A program made the position numbers and the translations under genes. Shown one piece after another: positions 39,463 through 48,454 of a DNA stretch of 64,000 nt. The DNA is from Armatimonadota bacterium (GTDB taxonomy: Bacteria; Armatimonadota; UBA5829; DTLH01): the NCBI GenBank assembly GCA_039679675.1, contig JBDKUN010000033.1, positions 160,001 to 224,000 of the forward strand. Reading direction: 5' to 3'. Under the pieces are notes generated by a model that worked only from the letters and a program-made list of their open reading frames with translations, ran no database searches and had not been told where the DNA came from. Positions within the stretch are counted from its first letter, which is position 1; every line of letters begins with the position of its first letter.

Positions 39463-41514
39463 TTAGGCCGCTTGGCATGCGGCCGTCATCTCCTCAAGAC
39501 CTGCCAGGCTGCCAGATGCTTCTTTGGACTCAGGCCATAGTTTCAGCGCCTGCTGGTAAGCAATCTTGGCAGCATCGTATACTCCCATCTGACGGTAGCA
39601 ATTACCCAAGCTTATAAACCCATCAGCACTGTCAGGATTTACAGACAGGTAATTCTGATAGACATTGGCTGCGCCGGTGTAGTTGCCGTGGGAATAAAGC
39701 GTATCGCCTGCAGCGGCATAAGCCTCAACTAGTGAAGGGTCCAGCTCAAGGACTTTGACGAAGCAGTCAAGCGCAGCTGCAACCTCGTCTTGAGCGGCAT
39801 GAAGCTTGCCCATAACCATCTGTGCGCTGGGTGAATCAGTGTCGAGCTCAAGACAGCGGTCTATGTGAGTCCTGCACTTATTATATTGCTTCAGATTAAG
39901 ATAGGAATCAGCAAGCAGTTCGTGTGACAGTGCATGATTTGGATTTTCGGTCACAGCCTTCTCTCCGAATTGGACAGCTTTGGTATAATCTCCCAACGCG
40001 GAATATGCTGATGCCATTCCATAATAAGTTTTGTAACCAAGAGCTGCCATATCCCCGGTGATTGTTATGTTTTGACCGGTTTCGAGGGCTGATTTGAACC
40101 AGTGTATGGCTTCTTCATACCTCTTCATAAGCAGCAGAGCGTTACCTCTGCATAAGCACAACTGCGGATGGTGGATATTCATACTCTCCGCTCGCTCCGC
40201 GGCAGCTAGAGCCGTTTCCGGGTCATTCAGACTACACAGTGTGTTTACCAGCCCGCAGAAAGTTGCCGCGGCATAGAAATCCTGCTTTGTATTTACAAGT
40301 TTACTTGCCTGATCGAAGTATTTAAGAGCGTTTTTCATATCTCCATAAGATGAATAAGCTGCCGCCAGGTTGTACAGACAGTGAGCATCACCGGGGTTCT
40401 CCGCGAGGTCAGCCTTGAGAAGCCGAATATAGCGCTCATGCTTGTTTCGCTTCACCATTACTTCAGGCTGATACCCGTAGTGGTGGACTTTTGCTTCAAG
40501 CCGCTTGATAGTTCCTTCGGCGGCCTCTATTGAGGGAACAATCATTTCATGCACGCGCCCTTTGTAGCGGTATTCAGGCTTGTTTCGGTAAAGGCGGCAG
40601 GTCGGGTGGACGAAAACATCCGCTTCGGAATCAGCCCGGTTGTGGTTGTAGAACAACAGCTCATAAGCATCGACAGCCGGATTTTTAATGGCATTAAGGA
40701 GCGTTTCTTTGGAATTCTCATCCAAACGCTCATCCGCGTCCAGAACGAGTATCCATTCACCTGTCGCATGCTCGATTGCGTTGTTTCGCGCATCCGCAAA
40801 GCTGTCATTCCAGGGATATGAGCAGACCTTAGCGCCGTACGATTTGGCAATCTTGACGGTAGTATCAATCGAACCGGTGTCAACGATAACAATCTCATCG
40901 ACTATATCTTTGACGCTCTCCAGACAGCCGCGCAGATACTCCTCTTCATTCTTTACTATCATGCACAAAGACAGATTCGCCTTCGACTTCTGTGGAACGG
41001 AGTCAGCTTTGTTCAATGCAGATTTCAACCGCCTAAGACGAGAATTTATATCTTCTTGTGTCGGACTATGATTAACTTTATGCTTATTACCTTTACATTT
41101 ATTGGCAGGTTTCAGATCGCAGATATTAGCGCGGATTTTCTTCAGGAAATTGACTGAATCCCTGTTTGACGGGTCAAGTTCGACAGCTTTGCAGGCATTG
41201 TCAGCTGCTTCGAGTATCCGCCCGTCCCGGCTGAGAAGCAGAGAAAGGGTTCTGTAGGTGTCTGCGAAGTCCGGCATGACTTTAATGGCTTCTCCCAGTA
41301 TCGTGCGTGCCTTTTTACTGTCACCGAGGTTATCGTAGGCGAGCGCCAGGTAATTCGTTACAGTTGCATCATTTGGGTTGTTCTCCAACTCTTTTTCAAA
41401 ATGACTCACTGCTTCGAGCCAGTGCTTTTCCGAATAAAATCTGAGTCCTAGCTGTTTATTATCTACATGTTGTGTCGTATTATCCTTGGATTGAGTGTTT
41501 ATTCGTAAAGTCAC
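39463..41514 (-). CDS. TPR - GT2 - TPR glycosyltransferase (flagellin/protein O-glycosyltransferase type)
   Basis: LSLCMIVKNEE, VDTGSIDTT, W.DSFADARN, LDADE, GRVHE, HYGY; TPR arrays on both sides. Confidence 0.9.
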   Translation of the reverse strand: MTLRINTQSKDNTTQHVDNKQLGLRFYSEKHWLEAVSHFEKELENNPNDATVTNYLALAYDNLGDSKKARTILGEAIKVMPDFADTYRTLSLLLSRDGRILEAADNACKAVELDPSNRDSVNFLKKIRANICDLKPANKCKGNKHKVNHSPTQEDINSRLRRLKSALNKADSVPQKSKANLSLCMIVKNEEEYLRGCLESVKDIVDEIVIVDTGSIDTTVKIAKSYGAKVCSYPWNDSFADARNNAIEHATGEWILVLDADERLDENSKETLLNAIKNPAVDAYELLFYNHNRADSEADVFVHPTCRLYRNKPEYRYKGRVHEMIVPSIEAAEGTIKRLEAKVHHYGYQPEVMVKRNKHERYIRLLKADLAENPGDAHCLYNLAAAYSSYGDMKNALKYFDQASKLVNTKQDFYAAATFCGLVNTLCSLNDPETALAAAERAESMNIHHPQLCLCRGNALLLMKRYEEAIHWFKSALETGQNITITGDMAALGYKTYYGMASAYSALGDYTKAVQFGEKAVTENPNHALSHELLADSYLNLKQYNKCRTHIDRCLELDTDSPSAQMVMGKLHAAQDEVAAALDCFVKVLELDPSLVEAYAAAGDTLYSHGNYTGAANVYQNYLSVNPDSADGFISLGNCYRQMGVYDAAKIAYQQALKLWPESKEASGSLAGLEEMTAACQAA

Positions 41515-41595
41515 TGTTTTCTCTGCCTTCCCGCGAGTGAATTAACAAACTGCGTAATTAAGAATACACCTGGTAATCTTACCGGGCATTCTATA

Positions 41596-41622
41596 TTATC
41601 GGGGTTTTTTGATCTGACTTTA
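41596..41622 (-). promoter_or_regulatory. Sigma28 (FliA/SigD) promoter for the TPR-GT2 gene
   Basis: Minus strand reads TAAA-gtcagatcaaaaaac(15)-CCCGATAA: canonical spacing, 7/8 match at -10. Confidence 0.7.
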
Positions 41623-41704
41623 GGATTACTATACGTATCACAACTAATTGGTTCAGTTTCGTAGATGTAGCTGCTGGGTATTACTCTTGCCGGACAGGAG
41701 TGAA

Positions 41705-43138
41705 ATGATGAGGGTCCTTGTCGTAAACACCAACTGCGAGCGATCTCCTGATACAATTATCCCAATCGGGGCTTGCTGTGTTGCCTCATCCGCCAAAAAT
41801 GCCGGGTATGATATACATTTTCTCGACCTGACTTTCTCTCGCTCTCCCAGAACAGACGTAATCAACGCTATCAACAAGATCAAGCCGAATGTAATCGCAC
41901 TATCGGTCCGAAATATCGACAACTGCGATATGCTTTATCCTAAATCGTATATGCCTTTTATGCGTGATCTTGCTGAAACCTGCCGTACTGTATCTGATTC
42001 CCCTTTAGTTATTGGTGGATCAGGAGTTACATGTATTCCTGGGCCAATGCTCGCATACCTTGGTGGAGATTACGCGATTGTTGGGGAAGGAGAAGGGAGC
42101 TTTCCGGCACTCCTCTCTACACTGGAAGAGAAGAAAGATCCTGCCGGAGTTCCTGGTGTGGTTTCAGCCGCTGATGAAAACGTATTATTGCCTCCGGTAC
42201 CATGTCACAGCTTTTCATCAGCTCCGAACGTTGATCTTTCAGAATGGTTGGATATTGGAAAATACCAGAGAAGCGGCGCTGCTATGCCGGTTCAGACAAA
42301 AAGAGGGTGCTCTTTTCACTGCTCATATTGCCTTTATCCCAAAATGGAAGGGGAGGGGATCAGGTTACGCAATGCAGATGAGGTTGCCTCCGATGTGTTG
42401 TTGGCTGAAATATCAGGATTTAGATCCGTAGAGTTTGTAGACAGCGTATTCAATGCGCCGGAAGCTCATGCAATATCCTGCTGCGAAGCCATTGCGAGTA
42501 AAGATAATAGGATACCTTTACAGAGTCTGGAGGTTAATCCGCTCTATGCATCAGCTGGATTAGTGCAAGCAATGAACAGTGCGGGGTTTTCTGCTGTCGG
42601 CTGCACAGCGGAGAGTGCTTCAGATGATATGCTGGAATCGCTTAACAAAGGGTTCGGTGTAGAGCAGTTACATCAGGCTGCACGGCAGTTTAGGAAGCTG
42701 AACGCAACGAAAGTCTGGGTATTTATGCTGGGCGGACCGGGAGAGACGGAGAAGACTGTCGCCGAGACAGTGAGATTTATCGAAAAAGAACTTACTCCTG
42801 GAGACCTGGTCTATATCACATTGGGAATCAGGATTCTGCCGGGAACGGAACTTAATAAGACTGCGATTAAAGAAGGTCTTGTTTCTCATAATGATGACCT
42901 GCTGTGGCCGAAGTTCTATTTTTCTCCCAGACTGGAACCAGAAAGAGCAATGTCGATCATTGCAGCATCCAGATTTCCATCGGCAAATATAATCAGTATT
43001 TCCGATGGTAACAGTAGATTGTTGCCGCTTTTCCAAAAAATGGCCCATGCACTCCATATTAGCCCGCCTTACTGGAGATTAGCCCCGCAATGGAACAGAT
43101 TTAGTCGAGCTTTTAGGTCAGGGTGGTGGAGAGACTAA
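41705..43138 (+). CDS. Cobalamin-binding radical SAM protein (lipid-biosynthesis-associated type)
   Basis: N-terminal B12-binding fold (PIG...LDL...ALSVRNIDN...IGGSG...GEGE); QTKRGCSFHCSYC; GGPGET. AGGAG RBS. Confidence 0.9.
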   Translation: MMRVLVVNTNCERSPDTIIPIGACCVASSAKNAGYDIHFLDLTFSRSPRTDVINAINKIKPNVIALSVRNIDNCDMLYPKSYMPFMRDLAETCRTVSDSPLVIGGSGVTCIPGPMLAYLGGDYAIVGEGEGSFPALLSTLEEKKDPAGVPGVVSAADENVLLPPVPCHSFSSAPNVDLSEWLDIGKYQRSGAAMPVQTKRGCSFHCSYCLYPKMEGEGIRLRNADEVASDVLLAEISGFRSVEFVDSVFNAPEAHAISCCEAIASKDNRIPLQSLEVNPLYASAGLVQAMNSAGFSAVGCTAESASDDMLESLNKGFGVEQLHQAARQFRKLNATKVWVFMLGGPGETEKTVAETVRFIEKELTPGDLVYITLGIRILPGTELNKTAIKEGLVSHNDDLLWPKFYFSPRLEPERAMSIIAASRFPSANIISISDGNSRLLPLFQKMAHALHISPPYWRLAPQWNRFSRAFRSGWWRD

Positions 43139-43141
43139 AAG

Positions 43142-43840
43142 ATGCTGAGACTTAAACGCCGTGCTGATGACTTGGAAGAGCTCATTGATCAACGGGGTAT
43201 TTCTCATGATGATCTGGAGCGTTCACTCACCGACTTGGAGATAGCCAACAGATGGATGGGCGGTAGGATGACTCTTCTGCGCCACCTTTTGCCCAAAATA
43301 GAGAAGGTAAATTCTGTCCTGGATGTCGGCTGCGGGCCAGCTGATATGCTTCGGGCGATAGCAGATGAATCCAGGCGAAGAGACCTTAAAATAAGCCTTA
43401 CAGGGGTGGATATAAATCCAGAAGTGCTCGTTTCAGCCCGTTCGAGGTGCAAAGGCTACGCAGAAATGTCTTTTATCGAGGCATCTGCTGCTTCGCTGCC
43501 ATTTGCCGATGAAAGTTTCGATGTTGTAATCTCCTCGCTTTTACTGCATCACCTGAGTCAGGCTGAAGCAGTAAAAGCACTCAGCGAAATGGCAAGAGTA
43601 GCGCGAACTAGAGTGATAATAGCAGATCTGGTGAGGTCTCCGGTTGCGTTTACCAGTGTTCTTCTTGTGGGGAAGCTCGTTTTTGGAAAGTTAAGCCGCT
43701 ATGATGGGCCGGTATCAATTAGAAGAGCCTATAAGCCAAAAGAATTAGTTGAGATGGCAAGACGCGCAGGATTACTAAACGGCAGGGTGTATGCGGGGCC
43801 AGTTAGGATGGTCCTCGTATATGACAAGGAAGGATTTTGA
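43142..43840 (+). CDS. Class I SAM-dependent methyltransferase
   Basis: E.ID...L..L...NRWMGG; VLDVGCG; GVDI; LPFADESFDVV.SSL.LHH; DL.RS; DG.VSIRRAY. Confidence 0.92.
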   Translation: MLRLKRRADDLEELIDQRGISHDDLERSLTDLEIANRWMGGRMTLLRHLLPKIEKVNSVLDVGCGPADMLRAIADESRRRDLKISLTGVDINPEVLVSARSRCKGYAEMSFIEASAASLPFADESFDVVISSLLLHHLSQAEAVKALSEMARVARTRVIIADLVRSPVAFTSVLLVGKLVFGKLSRYDGPVSIRRAYKPKELVEMARRAGLLNGRVYAGPVRMVLVYDKEGF

Positions 43841-45078
43841 TGGGTTTTAGCGTTGCTACTAACTTCGATGATAACCTGCCTGGCCTTGTTGCGTCTCTTG
43901 GAGTCACAGAACTCTTCGGAAAACTGCCCAAGGATGTAACAGGTGGTGGCCGCGCAAGTTACATGATGGCTCCAGTCTCCCGTGAGATGCTTGAGGAGCA
44001 TGTCAGAAAAACCCATCAGGCAGGACTCAAATTCAACTACCTGGTAAACGCCGCTTGCCTCGACAACACGGAGTTTACCAAGCGCGGACAGAAAGAGATA
44101 CGAAAGCATCTCGATTGGTTGTCAGAGGTTGGCATAGATGCCTTAACGGTATCGGTCTCATATCTGTTGGAACTCGTGAAGTCACGTTATTCGCATTTCA
44201 AAGTCAAATTGGGGGTTTTTGCCGATATCGATACTCCAAAGAAGGCAATATTCTTCGAAGAATTGGGCGCTGACTGTATCGCGTTGCAACCTCTCATACT
44301 AAACAGAAATTTCGCTGGGCTAAGAGCAATTCGCGAGGCTGTGAAATGTGAACTGCAGCTCATAGTAAACAGTAACTGCCTTCTCGAATGTCCCATGACT
44401 CCTTACCACAACGCCGGTCTCTCGCATGCGTCGCAGAAAGGGTCGAGAGGGTTTTTCGTAGACTACTGCCTGCTCCGCTGCCTGACAAGAAAGCTTACTG
44501 ATCCGGTGAACTACATAACATCCCCCTGGATACGCCCTGAAGATTTGCACCATTATGAAGCAATCGGTAAGTTTTCATTTAAGATACTGGAGCGCGATGC
44601 GCCGACAGAAACACTTGTAAAGCGTGTGCGGGCATATTACAATGGGCAATTCGATGGAAATCTCCTAGATATAGTGCAATCATATGGTTTTAGGGAGCAA
44701 CGAAGTGCAAGTCAACCCCAAAGACCGTGGCTATGGGATCTCCGAGAGTTCTTAAAGCCACAGGCAATTCGACCATTTAAGCTTTTGCCTCTACGTGATT
44801 TGGCAAGGCTGCAGGGGATGCTCTATACGCGAAGCGATGAGAAGTTGGTAGTTGATAACAGAAAGCTGGATGGGTTCATTGATAAGTTTCTGGACGGGGA
44901 TTGTCTGAAATCTCGTTGTGAAGACTGCCGTTATTGTCATTCTTATGCTGATAAAGCCGTGCATATTGACCCGGTGTTCCGGCAGGAGTGCCTCGAACTT
45001 GTCGGTCTGTTGCTTAACGATCTATCATCCGGCGAAATGTGGGGAAGATGTGCTGAGCCCAGGTGGAGGTGCGAATAA
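43840..45078 (+). CDS. U32 'peptidase' family protein (putative Fe-S, O2-independent hydroxylase)
   Basis: FSVATNFD, GGGR, FNYL.NAAC, LNRNF..L..IR, LIVN..CL..CP...H, YC..C, WIRPEDL..Y, FKIL.R; C-terminal C....CEDC.YC. Confidence 0.85.
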   Translation: MGFSVATNFDDNLPGLVASLGVTELFGKLPKDVTGGGRASYMMAPVSREMLEEHVRKTHQAGLKFNYLVNAACLDNTEFTKRGQKEIRKHLDWLSEVGIDALTVSVSYLLELVKSRYSHFKVKLGVFADIDTPKKAIFFEELGADCIALQPLILNRNFAGLRAIREAVKCELQLIVNSNCLLECPMTPYHNAGLSHASQKGSRGFFVDYCLLRCLTRKLTDPVNYITSPWIRPEDLHHYEAIGKFSFKILERDAPTETLVKRVRAYYNGQFDGNLLDIVQSYGFREQRSASQPQRPWLWDLREFLKPQAIRPFKLLPLRDLARLQGMLYTRSDEKLVVDNRKLDGFIDKFLDGDCLKSRCEDCRYCHSYADKAVHIDPVFRQECLELVGLLLNDLSSGEMWGRCAEPRWRCE

Positions 45079-46496
45079 TGCGTGTGCTTCTTCTCGCTAT
45101 GCCGGATGTTGCAAGCTGTTTCGACCGGGTAATGCGCCTGCCGAACCTAGGCATTGCCTCAATCGCTGCAAACATAGATGGCGCAGAGGTTCACACGCTT
45201 GACCTTGTGCTTCATCCTCGCGGAGTCGGGAAGACTGTAAAGAAGCATCTTGAAAACCTGCGACCGGATATAGTCGGGCTTTCGGCAATGACTTTTCAGT
45301 ATGATACCGCCAAAACAGTTGCCGGAATTATTCGCCAGGTGCTGCCGAATACCAAAATCGTGCTCGGAGGCTACCATGCCACTCTCGCCGCAGATCATAT
45401 AGCCATTGACCCAGGCTCGCATGTCTTCGATTACCTGATTCGAGGTGAGGGAGAGGTCCCGATGAACCAACTTCATAAAGCATTGAGAGATGGCGGCGAT
45501 GCAAAGGAGATTGCTGGGCTTTCATACCGTGTTGATGGACAATTCGTGCATAATCCGATAGGTTCGCTCACAGACTTGAACGATATTAATATCCCGGAAC
45601 GCAGAAAACGCCTCTCAAGCGGCTTTACTTACTTCGGAAAACGATATGAGTCGGTCGAGACATCTCGTGGATGTCTCAAATCATGCCGTTTCTGCTCCAT
45701 AAGGGGCATGTACGGCCGCAGCTATCGCACATATCCTATCGAACGGGTGATAAGTGATATATCAGACGCGAAAAGCGCGGGCGCTGAAGGGATATTCTTC
45801 ACTGATGACAATATAAACCTGGTGCCGGGCCGCCTCATGGAGCTTTGTTCGGCCATAGTGGACGCAAAGCTTAATGACCTCGAGTATATCACTCAGGCAG
45901 ATGTTGCTGGGTTCGTAGCTGAGCCGGAACTCCCCAATGCAATGCAGCAGGCAGGGTTTAAGGGAGTTTTTCTTGGCATAGAAAGCACTGCTTCAGAGAA
46001 CTGGCAGTTTCTTAGAAAGCGGAACCTGCCTGATGATACGCACAAAGTAGTCCGATCACTAAGAAATTGCGGAATCAGCGTAGCCGGTGGCTTCATAGTT
46101 GGGAACCCAGAAGAAGACGAAAATGCAGTCCGGGCAGCATTTCATACTGCACTCTCACTTCCGATAGACCATGCGATAATGTGGTGCCTTACGCCTTACC
46201 CAGGCACAGAAGCAAGAGAAAGTATGCAGAGTGAGGGGCTTGTGGAGAGTGCGTATGATTTCAAACACTACAATGGGTATATGTGCCACGTGAGGACGAA
46301 ACACTTGAGCAATTCTGAGCTTATCCGGTTGATAGCAAAAGAAGGCGCTAAGCTCTATTTCAACCCGCGGTTCTTCCTCAGAAGCCATGCATGGCCGGTT
46401 TCGGCAAAAAACGCATGGATATATTTTCGAACTGTTTCTGAATATATCACCCATGCATCTCGAAACAGGCTGTTTGCATCGAGACACAAGATTTGA
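45078..46496 (+). CDS. Cobalamin-binding radical SAM protein (class B methyltransferase/BchE-like)
   Basis: PNLGIASIAAN, VGLSAMTFQ, GGYHAT, RGEGE, ETSRGCLKSCRFC, FFTDDNI, LTPYPGTE. Start overlaps the U32 stop (TAATG). Confidence 0.92.
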   Translation: MRVLLLAMPDVASCFDRVMRLPNLGIASIAANIDGAEVHTLDLVLHPRGVGKTVKKHLENLRPDIVGLSAMTFQYDTAKTVAGIIRQVLPNTKIVLGGYHATLAADHIAIDPGSHVFDYLIRGEGEVPMNQLHKALRDGGDAKEIAGLSYRVDGQFVHNPIGSLTDLNDINIPERRKRLSSGFTYFGKRYESVETSRGCLKSCRFCSIRGMYGRSYRTYPIERVISDISDAKSAGAEGIFFTDDNINLVPGRLMELCSAIVDAKLNDLEYITQADVAGFVAEPELPNAMQQAGFKGVFLGIESTASENWQFLRKRNLPDDTHKVVRSLRNCGISVAGGFIVGNPEEDENAVRAAFHTALSLPIDHAIMWCLTPYPGTEARESMQSEGLVESAYDFKHYNGYMCHVRTKHLSNSELIRLIAKEGAKLYFNPRFFLRSHAWPVSAKNAWIYFRTVSEYITHASRNRLFASRHKI

Positions 46497-46518
46497 TTGT
46501 ATTGGGGAGTGATGCCAA

Positions 46519-47391
46519 ATGATGAGACTGAGATCGAATGAGAGAGGTGTAATCTGGTGGGTTGCGCCGGCAGCAATTGGCGGTATTCTGGTGTTTGCTG
46601 GTTTAGTCTATGCGCTGATACTTCTTACGATAATGACGGGAGAGATTACAAAAATGGGTTCCGACCTTGCATCTCTCCCAAAACTGAACCGGCAGTTAAG
46701 CATGCTTACAGGAAAAGTCTCGATGCTCGAGGAGACAAACAGCAGGCTTGGGCGAGTAGAGCGCACTCTTGGAGTCCTGCCGAATGTCGATCGGAAACTG
46801 GCATCGACTAATGCTAAACTCGATCTGACTAATGGTAAGTTGACCGCGACAAATCAGGGCATCGGGGCGATGCAGGGACAACTTACCGGCGTCAGCTCAT
46901 CCCTTGCTGGAGTGAAGTCGTCTCTTTCAGTGCTGCCCGGCGTGCGAAATCAACTGGTAGCGACTAACAGGGGTATCGGGAACCTTTCAGGCAACCTAAC
47001 GGATATGAGGAATCTGCTTCGGTCCACTAATTCACAGATAACAGGAATGAGGGGCAGCCTGGGAGATGTAAGTTCGCAGATTGCTTCAATGAGAAGCGAC
47101 ATTAAGAGCCTCAATACTCAGATAATAGCAATGAGAGGCGATCTTGGAGATATGAAGGCCCAGCTTGCGGCACTTCCGGAAATGCAAGCCCAACTTAACG
47201 CCACCAATCAGCAACTTGCTCAAACAAATGCATCGCTTTCTGGAATGGAAGCACAGCTAAAAGGTATGGCGGGGAGTCTTGAGAAAACAAATGAGACAAC
47301 AGCTTCTATGGCTAAAAGCCTGAAGAAGCTTCCGAAACAGGGCGCACTCGGCGTTGCGGCGATAGTTGGTGCTGAGATAGTCAGCCACTAG
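46519..47391 (+). CDS. Membrane-anchored repetitive coiled-coil protein
   Basis: One N-terminal TM helix, a heptad pattern over about 230 aa, and four L..LP....QL(..TN) repeats. Confidence 0.75.
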   Translation: MMRLRSNERGVIWWVAPAAIGGILVFAGLVYALILLTIMTGEITKMGSDLASLPKLNRQLSMLTGKVSMLEETNSRLGRVERTLGVLPNVDRKLASTNAKLDLTNGKLTATNQGIGAMQGQLTGVSSSLAGVKSSLSVLPGVRNQLVATNRGIGNLSGNLTDMRNLLRSTNSQITGMRGSLGDVSSQIASMRSDIKSLNTQIIAMRGDLGDMKAQLAALPEMQAQLNATNQQLAQTNASLSGMEAQLKGMAGSLEKTNETTASMAKSLKKLPKQGALGVAAIVGAEIVSH

Positions 47392-47899
47392 CAATTGTCC
47401 GGTGTTTCAGCCGTTCAAGAGTCTCTGACAAAATGACATCTATGGTTGTAGCGAGCATGGCGACGGTGCTCGCATCAGAAATCTTGAGCAGTCTGCCTGC
47501 TTCGACAACTATTGTCATCCCAATTGTGCCCAAGAACCCTGCGATCCATGCACTGCCAAGGTCGAAGTAGTGGCTGCCACCTACGTAAAATGCTCCGTAA
47601 ATGATGCCATAGACCACATGCGCTCCAACGAGGCCAAAAGCCGCGATCCATCCAAAGTTTATAGCCATTATACCGGGGTATGGTGTTCTTCCGCTTCTCA
47701 TACCAGGGTCGATCTTCACAACTATCGGAAGGGACAGTCCTACCAGCAAGCCATGGATAAGTCCAATTATCACTGCCGTGAGAGGGCTGGACTCAATCAT
47801 GAGCAACCTGAAAAGCGCCGCATATATTGTTCCGAATACAAAGACGCCCATGAAAAACTGCGCCAGAAAACCTAAAACATAGATTGTTTGCTTCCTCAT
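47381..47899 (-). CDS. Small polytopic membrane protein with His residues in TM segments
   Basis: About 4 TM segments; GLIHG, PG....FG, AHVVYG. Confidence 0.65.
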   Translation of the reverse strand: MRKQTIYVLGFLAQFFMGVFVFGTIYAALFRLLMIESSPLTAVIIGLIHGLLVGLSLPIVVKIDPGMRSGRTPYPGIMAINFGWIAAFGLVGAHVVYGIIYGAFYVGGSHYFDLGSAWIAGFLGTIGMTIVVEAGRLLKISDASTVAMLATTIDVILSETLERLKHRTIASG

Positions 47900-48001
47900 T
47901 AATTATCACCATTACTTGTTTTACCCTTTTAGTCATTGGTTTTAAGGATGAGGCATAAGGGAATAAACCAAGCAAGCAGTATATGCCCGGAGCTTTCTAC
48001 T

Positions 48002-48454
48002 ATGCAGACTGTAAACAGCATTACAATCTGTGCCAATCCAGATCTGGTTTACAGAACGGTTGCAGATATTCAAGAGTGGCCAAAGATGCTGCCGCACTAC
48101 AGGTGGGTGCGAGGGATCGATAATCGCGATTTAGTGTTCGAGATGGCTGCATGGCGATCATTTGTGCCTATTAAGTGGACATCGCTCACTCGTTGTGATT
48201 CGAAAAGAAGGCGAATCTTTTTCACTCACATCGGCGGCCTTACGAGAGGTATGGAAGTTGTCTGGAAAATTAATTCGGGCAGCAATGGCACAGATGTCAG
48301 CATAGTTCATGATCTCTCAGGACTGAAGCTTCCACTCATCCGATTGAAAATCGGCAAACTGATCACAGGAAGGATGTTCGTTGAGCCGGTTGCGGACCGG
48401 ACTCTTCGATATATGAAGCTATGGGTAGAGAATCAGCCAGACGTGCAGTTATAA
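48002..48454 (+). CDS. SRPBCC/START-fold polyketide cyclase/aromatase-like protein
   Basis: T.NSITI.A.P..VY..VADI..WP..LPHYR.V...MAA.R..P+.W.S...F.H+GG.T.GM.V.W; about 150 aa. Confidence 0.85.
   Translation: MQTVNSITICANPDLVYRTVADIQEWPKMLPHYRWVRGIDNRDLVFEMAAWRSFVPIKWTSLTRCDSKRRRIFFTHIGGLTRGMEVVWKINSGSNGTDVSIVHDLSGLKLPLIRLKIGKLITGRMFVEPVADRTLRYMKLWVENQPDVQL

Noticed and set aside
39240..39617. 125-aa ORF between the glycosyltransferase genes
   Set aside because: It runs through repeat family A and overlaps the TPR-GT2 3' end; no motifs.
41515..41704. Cobalamin riboswitch upstream of the B12-rSAM operon
   Set aside because: No B12-box or conserved GGGAA/GCCACTG elements seen.
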